From the NCBI GenBank assembly GCA_964252035.1, contig OZ176200.1: a stretch of 64,000 nt of DNA. One strand, written 5' to 3'. The stretch is from Podarcis erhardii (Eukaryota). Of the stretch, positions 11,089 to 22,347 are shown in pieces; position 1 is the first letter of the stretch, and each line of letters begins with the position of its first letter. The position numbers were made by a program, and so were the translations under genes. The notes below the pieces were generated by a model, which searched no databases, had not been told where the DNA came from, and saw only the letters and a program-made list of their open reading frames with translations.

Positions 11089-11520
11089 AGCTAACAAATC
11101 AGTAGGAATTGATGAAAGAATAGCAAATTAGAAAGTGGAAGGTCTGAAAGAGGGGCCTGTAAAGATGTTCTGCAAAGATGCTCTTAATTTGCATAAGGGG
11201 GGGGCAATTAGATTGCTTTGACTAAGATGTTGGAAGCCCCAAAATAGTGCTCTGTGTGCAAAATGCATTTCTTCATTAGGCAGTCAATTAGCAGGAGGCT
11301 CAGAAGCCGAGCAAAGGAGCCCAGCTTTCTTTTCCTTCTCCCTTTTTCTTTTCTCCGTGCCATTTCAGCCCACATTCCCACACACTGGCTGGTCAGCGAA
11401 ATAAGGGACGGCAACTTCTCTTTATTGGTGCAATACAGTATTTGATACTGCTAATTACACTTAATTAGTCCTTCCGCCATTTAATTAAAACGGCTTCTAA
11501 TGATTGTGCTTCCTTGGCAG

Positions 11521-11646
11521 GCTCTTTGGGACCACGGGGAATTGTGCTGCCTGCAGTAAGCTGATCCCTGCCTTTGAGATGGTGATGAGGGCCAGAGATA
11601 ATGTTTACCATTTGGACTGCTTTGCCTGCCAGCTTTGCAACCAGAG
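11521..11646 (+). CDS. LMO1: LIM domain only protein 1 (rhombotin-1), penultimate coding exon, 126 bp, phase 2 at both ends
   Basis: Preceded by TTCCTTGGCAG and followed by GTGAGG; translates (R)[41 protein letters not shown](R); GTTG and RARD distinguish LMO1 from LMO3 (GVTG, RAKD). Confidence 0.97.
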
Positions 11647-12824
11647 GTGAGGACATGAGGCTTTTATATGAACAGAACAGAAAGAAAGAAAGAATGCAAG
11701 TTATTCCCCACCCCCCACCCACCCCTGATCCCAGTGGAACAAGAAAGTCTGGCTCACGGTTTGATATCCATCACCTTCTCCCAGGCCTTCAAATTGCCAC
11801 TGCTGGGTGAGTCACTTTACCTGCTAATGGAACACTGGAGCCTTTCCCCTGATAGGCCAACATGCGGAATTGGTGGTAGGTTGGATTGTGGCAGGAGCAA
11901 ACAAACAAACAAAGTGAGTGCTGTGCTGCAGGCTGGCAGGTGGTGTTGAGCGGCACCGAGGCAACTGAATGAGCAGCTTCAAAGCCAAGCTTCTTGTCGG
12001 TCTGCTGCACATCCATTGATATGAGGATGGCTTGGCATAAATACTTTTTAAATCAAGGTTACTTAAGTTGGGCATCTGACAGGCTTGGAGGCCGGGCTGG
12101 GAAGAGTCAAAGGAAAGAGAGCTCTTCAGAATAATTCCTTGCAGAGCCCCATCAGCTCGCCGCACGGTCGGGAGGGTCTGTTCAGAGCGCAGCTTTAAGT
12201 GGGACATATCATGTGTGCCTAAAAGGCAAGCTATAATAGGAGAGGCTATATAATGAAGAGCGCGGTTGCTATTCTGGCGTGCTTCGCATCACCATTGTAC
12301 TGAAGTGTCCTGCAGCTTTTAATGCACCGTGGTCGACTTGTATGTTGTGCATGGAGGGTATCCACTTAAGGTTTAATTTGAGGAGGGTTAGCTGGGGCCT
12401 GGAGCTTTTCTCTCAGATAACAACCATATTTCCCAATGACACATAACCACCAAACCTAGGAGTCCTGTCACATTAAAATTCCAAACTCTACACAAGGCCA
12501 GCCTGGTCTTAGAACCCTTTTGGGAAAGGTTCAGGTTTCAGTGAGTTTCCAAAGGCAGGAAAAGGAGTGAAATTTGTTAGTTATGAAGCAGCTACAAACA
12601 ATGCTGCCCTGCTATATACACCCTCATAGTACATACTGAGATTTCCACGCAGATGATCTTTGCACTCAAGATGGTGTTGGTCTAGGCTTTAAGCTAGATC
12701 AAATTCAAGAGCAAGACAGCATGCAATCCAAGCAGGGCTGCTTGCAAAATTACAGAAACATCTATTCTAATTAAAAAGTATTTCAGTATCTCTAAAGAGA
12801 AGGCGGAAATGCTTCATGCAAATG

Positions 12825-12951
12825 AGGGTAGCCAGCCTGGTGCTCCACATACGTTTGGGACTACAACTCCTTTCAGCCCCAGCTAACATGGTCAGTGCTC
12901 AGGAATTATGGAAATTGTAGTCCACAACATTAGGAGGCCACCAGGTTGGTA
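12825..12951. repeat. Short palindromic MITE-like repeat (~125 bp family)
   Basis: GGGTAGCCAGCCTGGTG...GGACTACAACTCC...TTGTAGTCCACAAC...CACCAGGTTGG. Confidence 0.6.
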
Positions 12952-13090
12952 TAGATAACTGTGAGGAAACAGAATCTGACAATGTCCAATATCAAATGTA
13001 GCAGTACTGGAAATTCAGAATCAAGTTTCCATAAAAATGCTTTAAATAAAGAGGAACATCAGTGTGTTGGAAATTAGGAACCATGTTAAG

Positions 13091-13180
13091 TCTGCCATTC
13101 TTATGCCCACTTACCTGTGCTTAAGTCCCATTGAATTCAATGGGATTTATTTCTGAATAGATATGTATAGGATTGTGCTC
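13091..13180. repeat. Short hairpin-type interspersed repeat (~90 bp family)
   Basis: CACTTACCTGTGCTTAAGTCCCATTGAATTCAATGGGATTTATTTCTGAATAG; central palindrome CCCATTGAATTCAATGGG; related copies at 16570 and 49535. Confidence 0.55.
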
Positions 13181-15740
13181 TTGGAATAATTCCAGACACT
13201 ACACCATGTAGAGGGGAAAGGAAGCACAGTTTTTGTAAGCTTCCTGATCACTACAGTTCTTCGTAACTTTTGCATCTTTCTCCTACAGAGTTGCGAGCAG
13301 GAGCATCACAGAGAAGTTGCGCATCCCAGTCTGGCTCCCAAATTTCAACACATTTATAAACACACACATCTCATCACAGAGGGGAATGTCTAATTGAAAC
13401 TTGAGACATTTAGAAGAAGCCTGAAGGACAGGAAGTGGGAGCACTTCCTGTTTCCTGCACACAATTAAACCACTCAGCTGGCATCCTAGCATAAGCTTGC
13501 TTTCAAACAACAAATCCATATGCATACCTTACTTTAACCCAGATAAACTGTATTTCTACCTCTTAATATACTTTTTAAAAAACCTCTAAGCCTTATATGT
13601 GCCAAACAGGTAATCTAAAAAGCTCAGCTCATCGGCAGCTTGACATACTGCTGCTGTTGCTTCACCACACTAAGGAAGTTTGGAATTAGCAAACCAAATC
13701 CGTTTTTGCTTGGTGAAGCATTCGGACAACAGACCTTCGTGCACAAAGAGGTCTCCACAGGATTACCGGTGAGTAGAGCTGCACTGCTGGCCCTCTGGAT
13801 GTCCACATGTTGACATAGACACCTGCACTGTCAAAGTAGCTCCTTTCATGTATGCTTCCATGTGTTCCAGAGCCCAAATCACATGGGCACCTGTGCATAA
13901 GCAACCAGTCACACATAGGCTTTGACAGTGCAGGTGTCCACACCAATCGGTGAACAGTCAGGGAGCAGAGACAGCAGCACAGCTCTGCTTCCTGGTAATC
14001 CCATGGAAACACCCTCGCCAGATTAATAAGTGAAGGGTGCTCACCTTTTGGCCACATCATATTAAAAGCAGTGACCAGTGGGCGTGTGGATTGGCCATAA
14101 AGAACATCATTATCATGATGAATCCATTCACTTTACTCAAAACCCCTTGGCTCCACATCCATGCAGGCTCCCTTGAGTGCAAACCCAGTGCATTTCTTCT
14201 CAACCATTTCTAAGAAATAATTTAGCTTTTCGGTGAAGTCAGTGTAGTTTCCCCTGACAGAAAGGTGCGGGGAACAGAACATATCCGAAGTTAAGAGTAT
14301 CAGGAATTCCGTCGTTTTGGGTGGCTGTTATTGAAAAGGCTGCATCAAGCACGAAGCTGGCATTATTTGTTTGGAGTAGACTGCCTTTCTGTATGAAAGA
14401 AGCAGGCTCAATAAATCAAGCTGTCCCATTTGATAGGCTATTCCACTGAGGTTCTAGTGACATCTAGTGGGTTCAGATAGATATCCCCATTTCTGTGTCC
14501 ACCTTTGTTGAAAAATGCTAGAATGTTGTAGGATCTTACTGTCTGCCCCGACTTTAAATGTGTTTGTGGGGCCTTTACCAAAGTTATGTGAGGAAAACGC
14601 ATTGACTGTTTTTTAGTACTATGATGGTAACAAAAATACTTTCTTTGATCACAGCAGACCTTTTTAGTACACAGTGGAGTTTCTGAGGCTTGTTCACAAA
14701 ACTTTAGCAACCCTAATTAAAAATGAAGAGAAAAGTTGGCTGAGTCTGGACATTCTATGAAATAAGGCAAAGCTGAAGTTTTTCCGACTTTCCCAGACAT
14801 AGACTTGTACTCACAGTCACTGCAGCTTCAGCCTTAAGCATCACAACCCTCCATTTATTTATTTATTTGTAAAATTATATCGTCTCCTTCCAAGCATTCA
14901 TGGAGCTATTCTATTTTATCCTCCTAGCAACCCTTCATTCAATGATTATGATATCCCCTATCTTCAAAGATGGTTCATCAGAGATTTGAGCAGAAGGAGC
15001 TTGCTGGTTAGGGTGGAGCCATGCTAGCGCCCCAGTCACCGTTGCTTAAATGGGGAGAGGGAGGGGCAGGTAGGTCAGGGGGGTGCAACTGCGCCAGCAG
15101 CACCAATCTAGTGCTCCTGCTGACCTGGCTGGGGAGGAGCATGCAGACCTGGCTCCTCCCCATCTTTCTTGCAGTAAGCAACAGTGGCCCACCTGCAGAG
15201 GATTTAACATAGCTCTTCTGGATTTGAACCCAGCTCTCCCCAGTCCAAGACCAACACCCCAGCAACCATACTTTGTAGTTTCTCGGTGCTACTGAATGAA
15301 GAAAAGGCTAGGTTAATGTTTATTTCTGTATTTATTTGATTCCATTTCTTAATTGCATCTTGAAGTGAAAGAACCATATAAGCAATTCCATGTATGTAAA
15401 GCATTGAAAACAATTCCTTTTTTTTAAAAAAAAAACAATTAAAAACCAGTTCATAAGTAGATCCAAACCAGGATATGGAGCATATTTTCCAAAGTTTGGA
15501 AGGGAAGGGGGAGATAAGCACATAATAATGAAGTTCCTTGGACCTGAAGGGATGGAAACAAAATCAGATACTACTACCTTGTCAATTGGATTTGAAATTG
15601 TTTTTATATGTGTTTTTATTGATGGTGTTGTTTTTAATTATCATTTTTTAAGATGCTTTGGTTGTTAATTTCCTCAAGTTTGTTTCATGGGAAGCGCTTC
15701 ATAAATTAAATGAATGATTGTTACTTCTAGGGCGTTAAGT

Positions 15741-15855
15741 TAGAGGTGGGTGGCCCCTGGCCCTCCAGATATTGTTGGACTCAAACTTCCATCAGTCCCA
15801 GGCACACTGGCCAATGGTCAAGCAACATTTGGTGGGCCAGAGATCTCCCACCCCT
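15741..15855. repeat. Short palindromic MITE-like repeat (~125 bp family)
   Basis: GGTGGGTGGCCCCTGGCCCTCCAGATATTGTTGGACTC...CAACATTTGGTGGGCCAGAGATCTCCCACCCC. Confidence 0.55.
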
Positions 15856-16569
15856 CTCTTAAGTCATAGCCTTTACACACACACACACCCGTGACACCCC
15901 CCCACACACACAACTCCAGTGCTTGAGAAATGTCAAAAAGTGTGTCATGGAAGAGCCCCCCCCCCCGGGTTCCTAAAATATATGTCACCCAGATATATGA
16001 TCAAAAGTTAGACTCATTTTAGATGACTTGTCTGTGCTGTTAGCACACTGTTTTTTTAAAACCACAAACTCAAAACTACTTCAGCACTCTATTTCCATTA
16101 ATTATCTTCCACAGTGCACTGTTAGTGTTACTGTCAGCGTTAACTGTTACTTCTAAAATATTTCCTGGCAATAACTCTATTGCAATTTGTTAGATGAGAG
16201 CTGGGTTTGTTCGGTTTATTTGTTGTTGGTTTTTTTGGTTTTTTTAAAAAAATCCTTTTAAATCCTCAACCTCATTTCAAGAATTGTAGGCAGTGTTTAA
16301 AAGAATCCTGAAGGCAATTTACCTGCTGCTTTAAACAAATGTTATAAATTTAAACATTGGTTCCTAAAGTGACTGCGAATGGGACACCTCATTTTTTTTA
16401 TAAAAAAAAAAAGCTCATGCCAGCAGAATGAAAATAAATGATTTCTACTGATTCTCCCTGCCTTCTGCGCTTTCTGAAAAGCTGTTCCAGAGAGCTAGAG
16501 GCCATTCTGGAGCCGTGTATTTGCAGAATGGACAGTTAGGGTCCAAGTCATTGATTCTGAGGTGATTCG

Positions 16570-16650
16570 GGCTGCACTTCTGCACCCACTTACATGGGAG
16601 TAAGCCCCACTGAACTCAGTGGGACTAACTTCTGAGTAAGCATATAAAGT
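16570..16650. repeat. Short hairpin-type interspersed repeat (~90 bp family)
   Basis: CCCACTTACATGGGAGTAAGCCCCACTGAACTCAGTGGGACTAACTTCTGAGTAAGC. Confidence 0.55.
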
Positions 16651-16794
16651 GGATGGTTACTCATTGCATCTGGTACTGGTTCCTTTCACCAAGTCCTCAG
16701 GCACACCAGTTATCTCACATGATATGGATGCCCCAGGCTGCATGAAAATCTGTGCACTCTCTCCAAATGAACCCATTTAAGTGAATACCGTGGA

Positions 16795-16935
16795 AATCAT
16801 AGATTTGTAGTGTTGGAAGGGATCCTGAGGATCATCTAGTCCAACGCCCTGCAATGCAGGGAAATGCAGCTGTCCCATACAGGGATCGAACCTGCAACCT
16901 TGGCGTTATCAACACTACACTATAACTGAGTATCC
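16795..16935 (-). mobile_element. tRNA-head SINE with CR1-derived 3' tail
   Basis: The minus strand reads GGATACTCAGTT...GGTTGCAGGTTCGATCCC (intact B box), then the CR1 tail GGACTAGATGATCCTCAGGATCCCTTCCAAC...CTATGATT. Confidence 0.7.
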
Positions 16936-18002
16936 AGAGTTGTTACATGCCAAATAAACTCATTGGTGTGTGTTTACCAGCAATGTCCCCATATATAATG
17001 CATTTTTGTATATGATTTTGATTAAGACCTGCATTTTGGTGCATACTTTACCCCAATATACACCTTTTTTGTATGTATTTTTGGGTTGGACAACTACATT
17101 GCAAAATTCAGAGTAGTGTGCATCGGTTTGGAAGGTGAAAATTAGGTAGATTTGCATAAAAATTTCTCCCCCTCCCCATGTCCAACCCACATCTGCTGCC
17201 ATGTAATATATGACACAGCCCAGCTGCCGGGGGGGGGGCTAGTTTGACCCCACTTTGAAATTCTAGTCGGGGAGCTTCCAAAATGTCATTTCTAAAACAT
17301 AACACATTTCTTCTCCATGCTTTGCGAGGTCTTCCATCCCTGCTCCTCGAAACCTCCGCTGATTTGGCAAGAGGCAGCTGTCAAGCGCGCTGCACTTGTG
17401 CCGGTGGCAAGACTTTAATCTTCATTTTGCATTACTACTCCTTCAGTTTTTTGCTTCTTGGTTTAAGGCAAAAATATGTAGCGAGTCAGCAGCTGTCTGT
17501 TTTTCAGTCAGCAAGGGAAACCTTTCCAATTCAGCAAAACACTTGGAGAGGCCCTGCACTTTTCACAACAGATTTTGAGGTGCGGATTTTAGCTGGTGTG
17601 ATAATTATTTTGTCTATATCTCCTTGATAGAAACCCAAAAATCATAGAGCTCAGTAGTATTGAAAGGAGTTTTGAAATTCTCATAAGGCTAATACATATA
17701 GGGCACCAAACTGAATCTTACCTGATCTATTAATTAACCCTTTCCCCATTGAACCCATAAGCTTCTTGCCTATTGTCATCAAATTAAGCTGCCAGCAAAC
17801 CTGAGGGTCAGAAGAAAATTAGCTGTCACCAAGACCGCTGATACTTCATCGTGCTAAGTAGAACCAGTATTTCCCCAGTGTGCAAGTTTGCTGCGGGAGG
17901 GTTTAATTTCCTATTCTGTGAAGTCTATAATTTTTTTCAGCAGCAGCATGAAAACTGCTTTGCCTCTCTCTAGTTCCATCGTTCTCAAGCAACATCCAGA
18001 TT

Positions 18003-18135
18003 GAGGGTAGCCAACATGGTGGCCTGCAGAGCTTGTTGGATTTCAATCCACATCGTCCTTGACCGTTGGCCATGCTGCTTGTGGGTATGGGAGTTGCAGC
18101 CCAACATCTGCAGACCACCATGTTGACTACTTCTG
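18003..18135. repeat. Short palindromic MITE-like repeat (~125 bp family)
   Basis: GGGTAGCCAACATGGTGG...CAACATCTGCAGACCACCATGTTGACTAC; arms GTAGCCAACATGGTGG / CCACCATGTTGACTAC. Confidence 0.6.
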
Positions 18136-19588
18136 ACCTAGGCATTATTTGAAACTGATGACAGGGGACAAGGGGAAGACATTCTTTTGCTGCTTCAACT
18201 GCATATATGCCGATGTCCACACGTACATGCTGATCAGAGTCTCCCACATAAGCCAGATGAATGATCATTACCCTTTTCAGTAGGTGATATTCAATGAGAA
18301 GGAACCATGATTATTGCTTCCTGGATATGGTACCTCGATCTGTATTGCAGTGGGACTGGACTATTGAGCAGGAGCTCTCAAACGTTTGAAGTCATGTGCA
18401 CACTAGGACTGAGAAAAATAAGCATGCATTCCATGAAGGTGTTTGATGGAACGACACCTCACTTTCCTTTATAGTGCAGGATAATTCTAGCCCTCATCAA
18501 CACATGTTTGATTATAAATGTGTGAATCTGCCTTGAGCCCAAAGTTTAAGTAGGTCCCAGTGAAACTAAAATTGCAATCCGAAGTCCATTTTCTCAGGAG
18601 TAAACCACACTGAACACATTGTGACTTACTTCTGAATACTGCAAATTCATTTTCCAAAACTTAGCAGCATGACTCTCTGGTGATATAAACAAGTTTCTTG
18701 CTGCCAGAAAACAAGTTACCTTGCAGTGTGGTCCCTCGGTTGAGAGAAAATGCATTAAGTATCCACCAAAGTGCAAAGGCTGACACCTCCACTCCAGTCA
18801 TACACTTGGCGTGCATGAAGTATTCTCTAGCCTTGCCTTTCAAATGATGCCTCTTGCACAGCCCTGAATACAATCAAGTGTTGCATCCCAGCAAAGTAGG
18901 AAGTAGGAAGACAGTTTGCCTTGGTGCCCATAGTTCAGCTGCTAGTCTTTGTTATAGGCCTGGCAAAGTTATTTCAGCCTTACCTAAATGATCTCACAAG
19001 TGGCCAAGGCTACGTGTGCATAGCCCTGTTTTTAATGTGAAGACACTGGGGATAAGGTACACCTATAGGGACAAGATTAGCTGCCATGATCCAGCTCTCC
19101 CTTCAGCATTTCTGCTTAATGTGTGGGTGGGAGGATTGTGCTTTGGGAGACTGCATTTCTTACTCATCATTCATCAAAAGTAACATGAATGTCAAAGGAA
19201 ATACATACATACATCATTTTATTTGTATGCCGGCTTTCCATAGTTGGAACCATGCTCAGGGGGAATTGCAACATGTAAAAAAATGCATAATCACATACAT
19301 AACAAAAGTAGTCAAACAATAAATAAAACATCAAAAAGTACACAACCAAACAGAACAATTTCCACATCAAAAATAAAGATACAAAAAAATTAATATCAAT
19401 AACGGCAACAACCCCCACCCAGAAAAACCACATAAACAGCACCCCCAGCCCAAGAGTATGGTCAGCAGCCTCAGCTTCTGCACCTGGAGTGAGTCTTCCA
19501 GGACTCATAGTCAATAAATAGCACATGGCTCATATTATGCTGGTTCAATATTCCATATATAATGTGAAAAAAATTCCCTAGACATAGA

Positions 19589-19766
19589 TTTCTGTGCACT
19601 GCTCTGGTTTCACCAGAAGTGGCTTAGTGATGCTGGCCACATGACCCTGAAAAACTGTCTGCAGACAAACGTCGGCTCCCTCAGCCAGTAAAGCGAGATG
19701 AGCGCCACAACCCCAGAGTCATTCGTGACTGGACTTAACTGTCAGAGGTCCTTTAGCTTTACCTTT
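19589..19766 (+). mobile_element. Sauria SINE, 5'-truncated
   Basis: Matches the 3' half of the 32795 copy: GCTCTGGTTTCACCAGAAGTGGCTTAGTGATGCTGGCCACATGACCC...AAAGCGAGATGAGCGCCACAACCCCAGAGTC...CTTTACCTTT. Confidence 0.85.
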
Positions 19767-21515
19767 TAGACATGGATTAAGTTTTAAGATGGGAAGAGGC
19801 TAAGAGAAGAGACAGTTCCATTGCAAGTTCTCATTTGGTAACTTAAGCATAGGCCATGGCTCTTTCAGACTACTGTTTCTGTCGACTAGACTACATATCA
19901 GGTGAATGTAATAGTGGAGATCCTTGTTTTTAAGGTTTAGCAAATTCAATTAGGTTCAATACCAAACAGGGGCTTGCAGATTTATGGCAGACTTGGAATG
20001 AAGGTGTGAGTGTTTGCGAGGGGTTACACTTTTAGAGATCATAAGTCGGACTCTTTATAATTTGATGGGTGATACAAAGAATGGGGACTCGTGTGTGTGT
20101 GCACAGAACCCAGTTGCATTTAAAGGCAGAAGGCACCACCTATATCCAGTACCAGGTTGAGACCTTAGGTGAGCACTGGAAGTGTTCAGCAGGTGTATAA
20201 GCAAAGGGCCAGGACCACGGACAGCTCTCTGCAGAATATGATAGTCAGGCTGGACATAAAACACCAGAACACAAGTTAAGATGCTTCCACACAGCCTTTT
20301 ACTGTGGACCCTGTGCTGCAAGCTTTTGTCACCCGCCATATAATGTAATCCTTATCGAAATGCCCTCCCATTCCCCACTTCCCTAATTTATTCTGCATTT
20401 ACTATTTGCGATTCTTTTATTTTTTTACTTATCAGATTTCCCACAGAAATGGAAAATCCAGATTAAATTGTAAAAACTATATGGAACATCATTTTTTAAT
20501 GAGATCACTGTCATATGGATGCTGTGCAAAAGTTGCATGCAGGAGCAGCCCTGAGTCCACAATAAATTACCGTATGGAAGTGCCCTATCTGACCTGAATC
20601 TGTATTGGGCCTGAATTCCATCCTGCTCCACAATGGGCTGTCCATGGTCCTGGCTCCCCCACCTGCCCACTACCTGGGCAAATCTTCCAGTTCTCACCTG
20701 CAGGTCTCAGCCTGATACTGGACCTCTCATAGGTCACTGAGAGAGTGTGTGTAACTAAACATAAAGGGGCTGATTTATTAAAGGATTGCCAGAAGTGTCT
20801 GATGCATTGCAAACTCAGGGCCAAACAAGTTGAATAAGCCTGGTTTGTGGCCCCTGAGATCACCAGGTTAATTTTACGTTTCCAATTAACAGTTATAATT
20901 GAAGGCCTCTGGACCTTTTGATGCTAGAGGCAGAAAATCTTAATGACATTCTTCTCTCCTACCCCTCACTTTGGTGTTTAAAAATATGATCATAAGCCAA
21001 ATTAGTGATCATTTTATGCCCTTTAAAACTTGCCATTTGAACCAAATCATCTAACTTCGCCTAATGTTAGGGCCAATCTCCCTTCTTGGGTTTCTTAATC
21101 AGCTCATAGCAGCTCAAAAAGAGTGATCTGAATCTATCATTGTGGAGCATTTTTATCTATACAAGCTTACCCTGCCATACGACCCAGTTTTGTGTTCTTC
21201 TGATTCTCACTGCCCACTTTTTAAAAAAAGCTTTTTGCTTTTGTCTTGATTATATATTCATCTCTTTGAGAAGTGTTTTTCATTCCTGATGTGGTGGTAA
21301 TAGAAAAGTATTTGTAAATAAATTAAATATTTTCAGGTGGGGAGGAAAAAGACGCACAACATAACCACTTCTGTTTTTCTCAAAAGCCAATGGACGATAA
21401 AACATAAAGACCTTAAAAATGATGCATTTCTTGCCTACTCAAGGTCAGGAAAAAGAGATTCTTATTTTTTTCTTTCCTTAGGTAAATGATCTCTTCTTTT
21501 TCTTCTGTGTTCTAG

Positions 21516-21621
21516 ATTTTGCGTGGGAGACAAATTTTTCCTGAAGAACAACATGATCTTGTGTCAGATGGACTATGAGGAGGGGCAGCTGAACGGGAGC
21601 TTTGAGCCCCAAGTTCAATAA
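21516..21621 (+). CDS. LMO1: LMO1 last coding exon (106 bp, stop TAA at 21619-21621)
   Basis: Translates (R)FCVGDKFFLKNNMILCQMDYEEGQLNGSFEPQVQ*; QMDYEEGQLNG is the LMO1-type C-terminus (LMO3 has QTDYEEGLMKEG). Confidence 0.97.
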
Positions 21622-21975
21622 CAAACCCTGCTTTGCTGAATCACTGTGGGATGGACGTTCAGCCGCACTAGCAGTGAAGGGCGTCTGTCAGCTTGCCTGC
21701 AATATTTTTTTAATTCTCGGTCCACAAAGGACTCTATACATTGTAGTATTTTCCCCCCTCCCCACAACACAAAGCAGTTACAATTTTAGATGTACAGTTG
21801 TGCCTGCTTAGCTGAGCACTGCATTGCCTGTATGTTCGTGAGTTTTTTGGGGGGGATATTTGGGGGAGGGCTCTGTACAGTCTGTTTTTTCTGTATATAA
21901 ACTGGAACATTTATTTTATGAAAAATGTAATGCAATTTTATTACAGGTGTGAATTAAAAAAAAATATGAATGTTT
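21622..21975 (+). other. LMO1: LMO1 3' UTR (end approximate)
   Basis: Follows the stop codon; repeat-free and U-rich; six TGTA motifs and an ATTAAA near the end. Confidence 0.7.
21953..21958 (+). terminator. Candidate polyadenylation signal ATTAAA
   Basis: ATTAAA with upstream TGTA elements and downstream TGTTTCCTGG and CTCTGGTGGTGTT. Confidence 0.55.
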
Positions 21976-22220
21976 CCTGGCCATCTTTAAGCAATTATTT
22001 GCTCTGGTGGTGTTCACATAGGAAGAAGCCATGTCACTCAGTGCACACAAGTTTCTCCATGTGGAAGTTCCCAGAGTGGTCTGAGATTGCAGAAGAGAAG
22101 TTCTGTCCTGGGGCTCTTCATTAGCCCAAGAATCCTAGCCTTCTCTATGACATACCTTTTATTTCTGCATTCCTGGAGCTTCTCTTCAATACTGAATAAT
22201 ATTTAAACCAGCCAGCAGGG

Positions 22221-22347
22221 GCATAGGAAGCTACCTATTGGTCCATCTGGCTCAATATTGTCTACAATGACAGACAACATGCTGGGGATTGAATCTGGGA
22301 CCTTCTGCATGCAAAGCAGGTATTCTACCATTGAGCTACGATCCTTC
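22221..22347 (-). mobile_element. tRNA-derived SINE (3120 family), internally deleted
   Basis: CATAGGAAGCTACC...GGTCCATCTGGCTCAATATTGTCTAC...GGGGATTGAATCTGGGACCTTCTGCATGCAAAGCAGGTATTCTACCATTGAGCTAC. Confidence 0.7.

Larger units (their letters stand above)
11647..21515 (+). other. LMO1: Last intron of LMO1 (9869 bp, GT-AG)
   Basis: GT at 11647; pyrimidine tract CTCTTCTTTTTCTTCTGTGTTCTAG ending at 21515; joining AG|A restores the Arg codon and the frame. Confidence 0.9.

Noticed and set aside
16870-16935. tRNA-like sequences as tRNA genes (also 3120-3186, 22280-22347 and the Sauria SINE heads)
   Set aside because: They are fused to SINE bodies and tails and lack a complete cloverleaf.
21480-21487. 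AG|GTAAAT as a recursive splice site
   Set aside because: Only 34 nt would remain to the true acceptor, too short for a vertebrate intron. It is kept only as an alternative acceptor.
11521-21621. Calling the gene LMO3 or LMO4
   Set aside because: GTTG, RARD and QMDYEEGQLNG...QVQ are LMO1-type residues. LMO3 and LMO4 differ at these positions.
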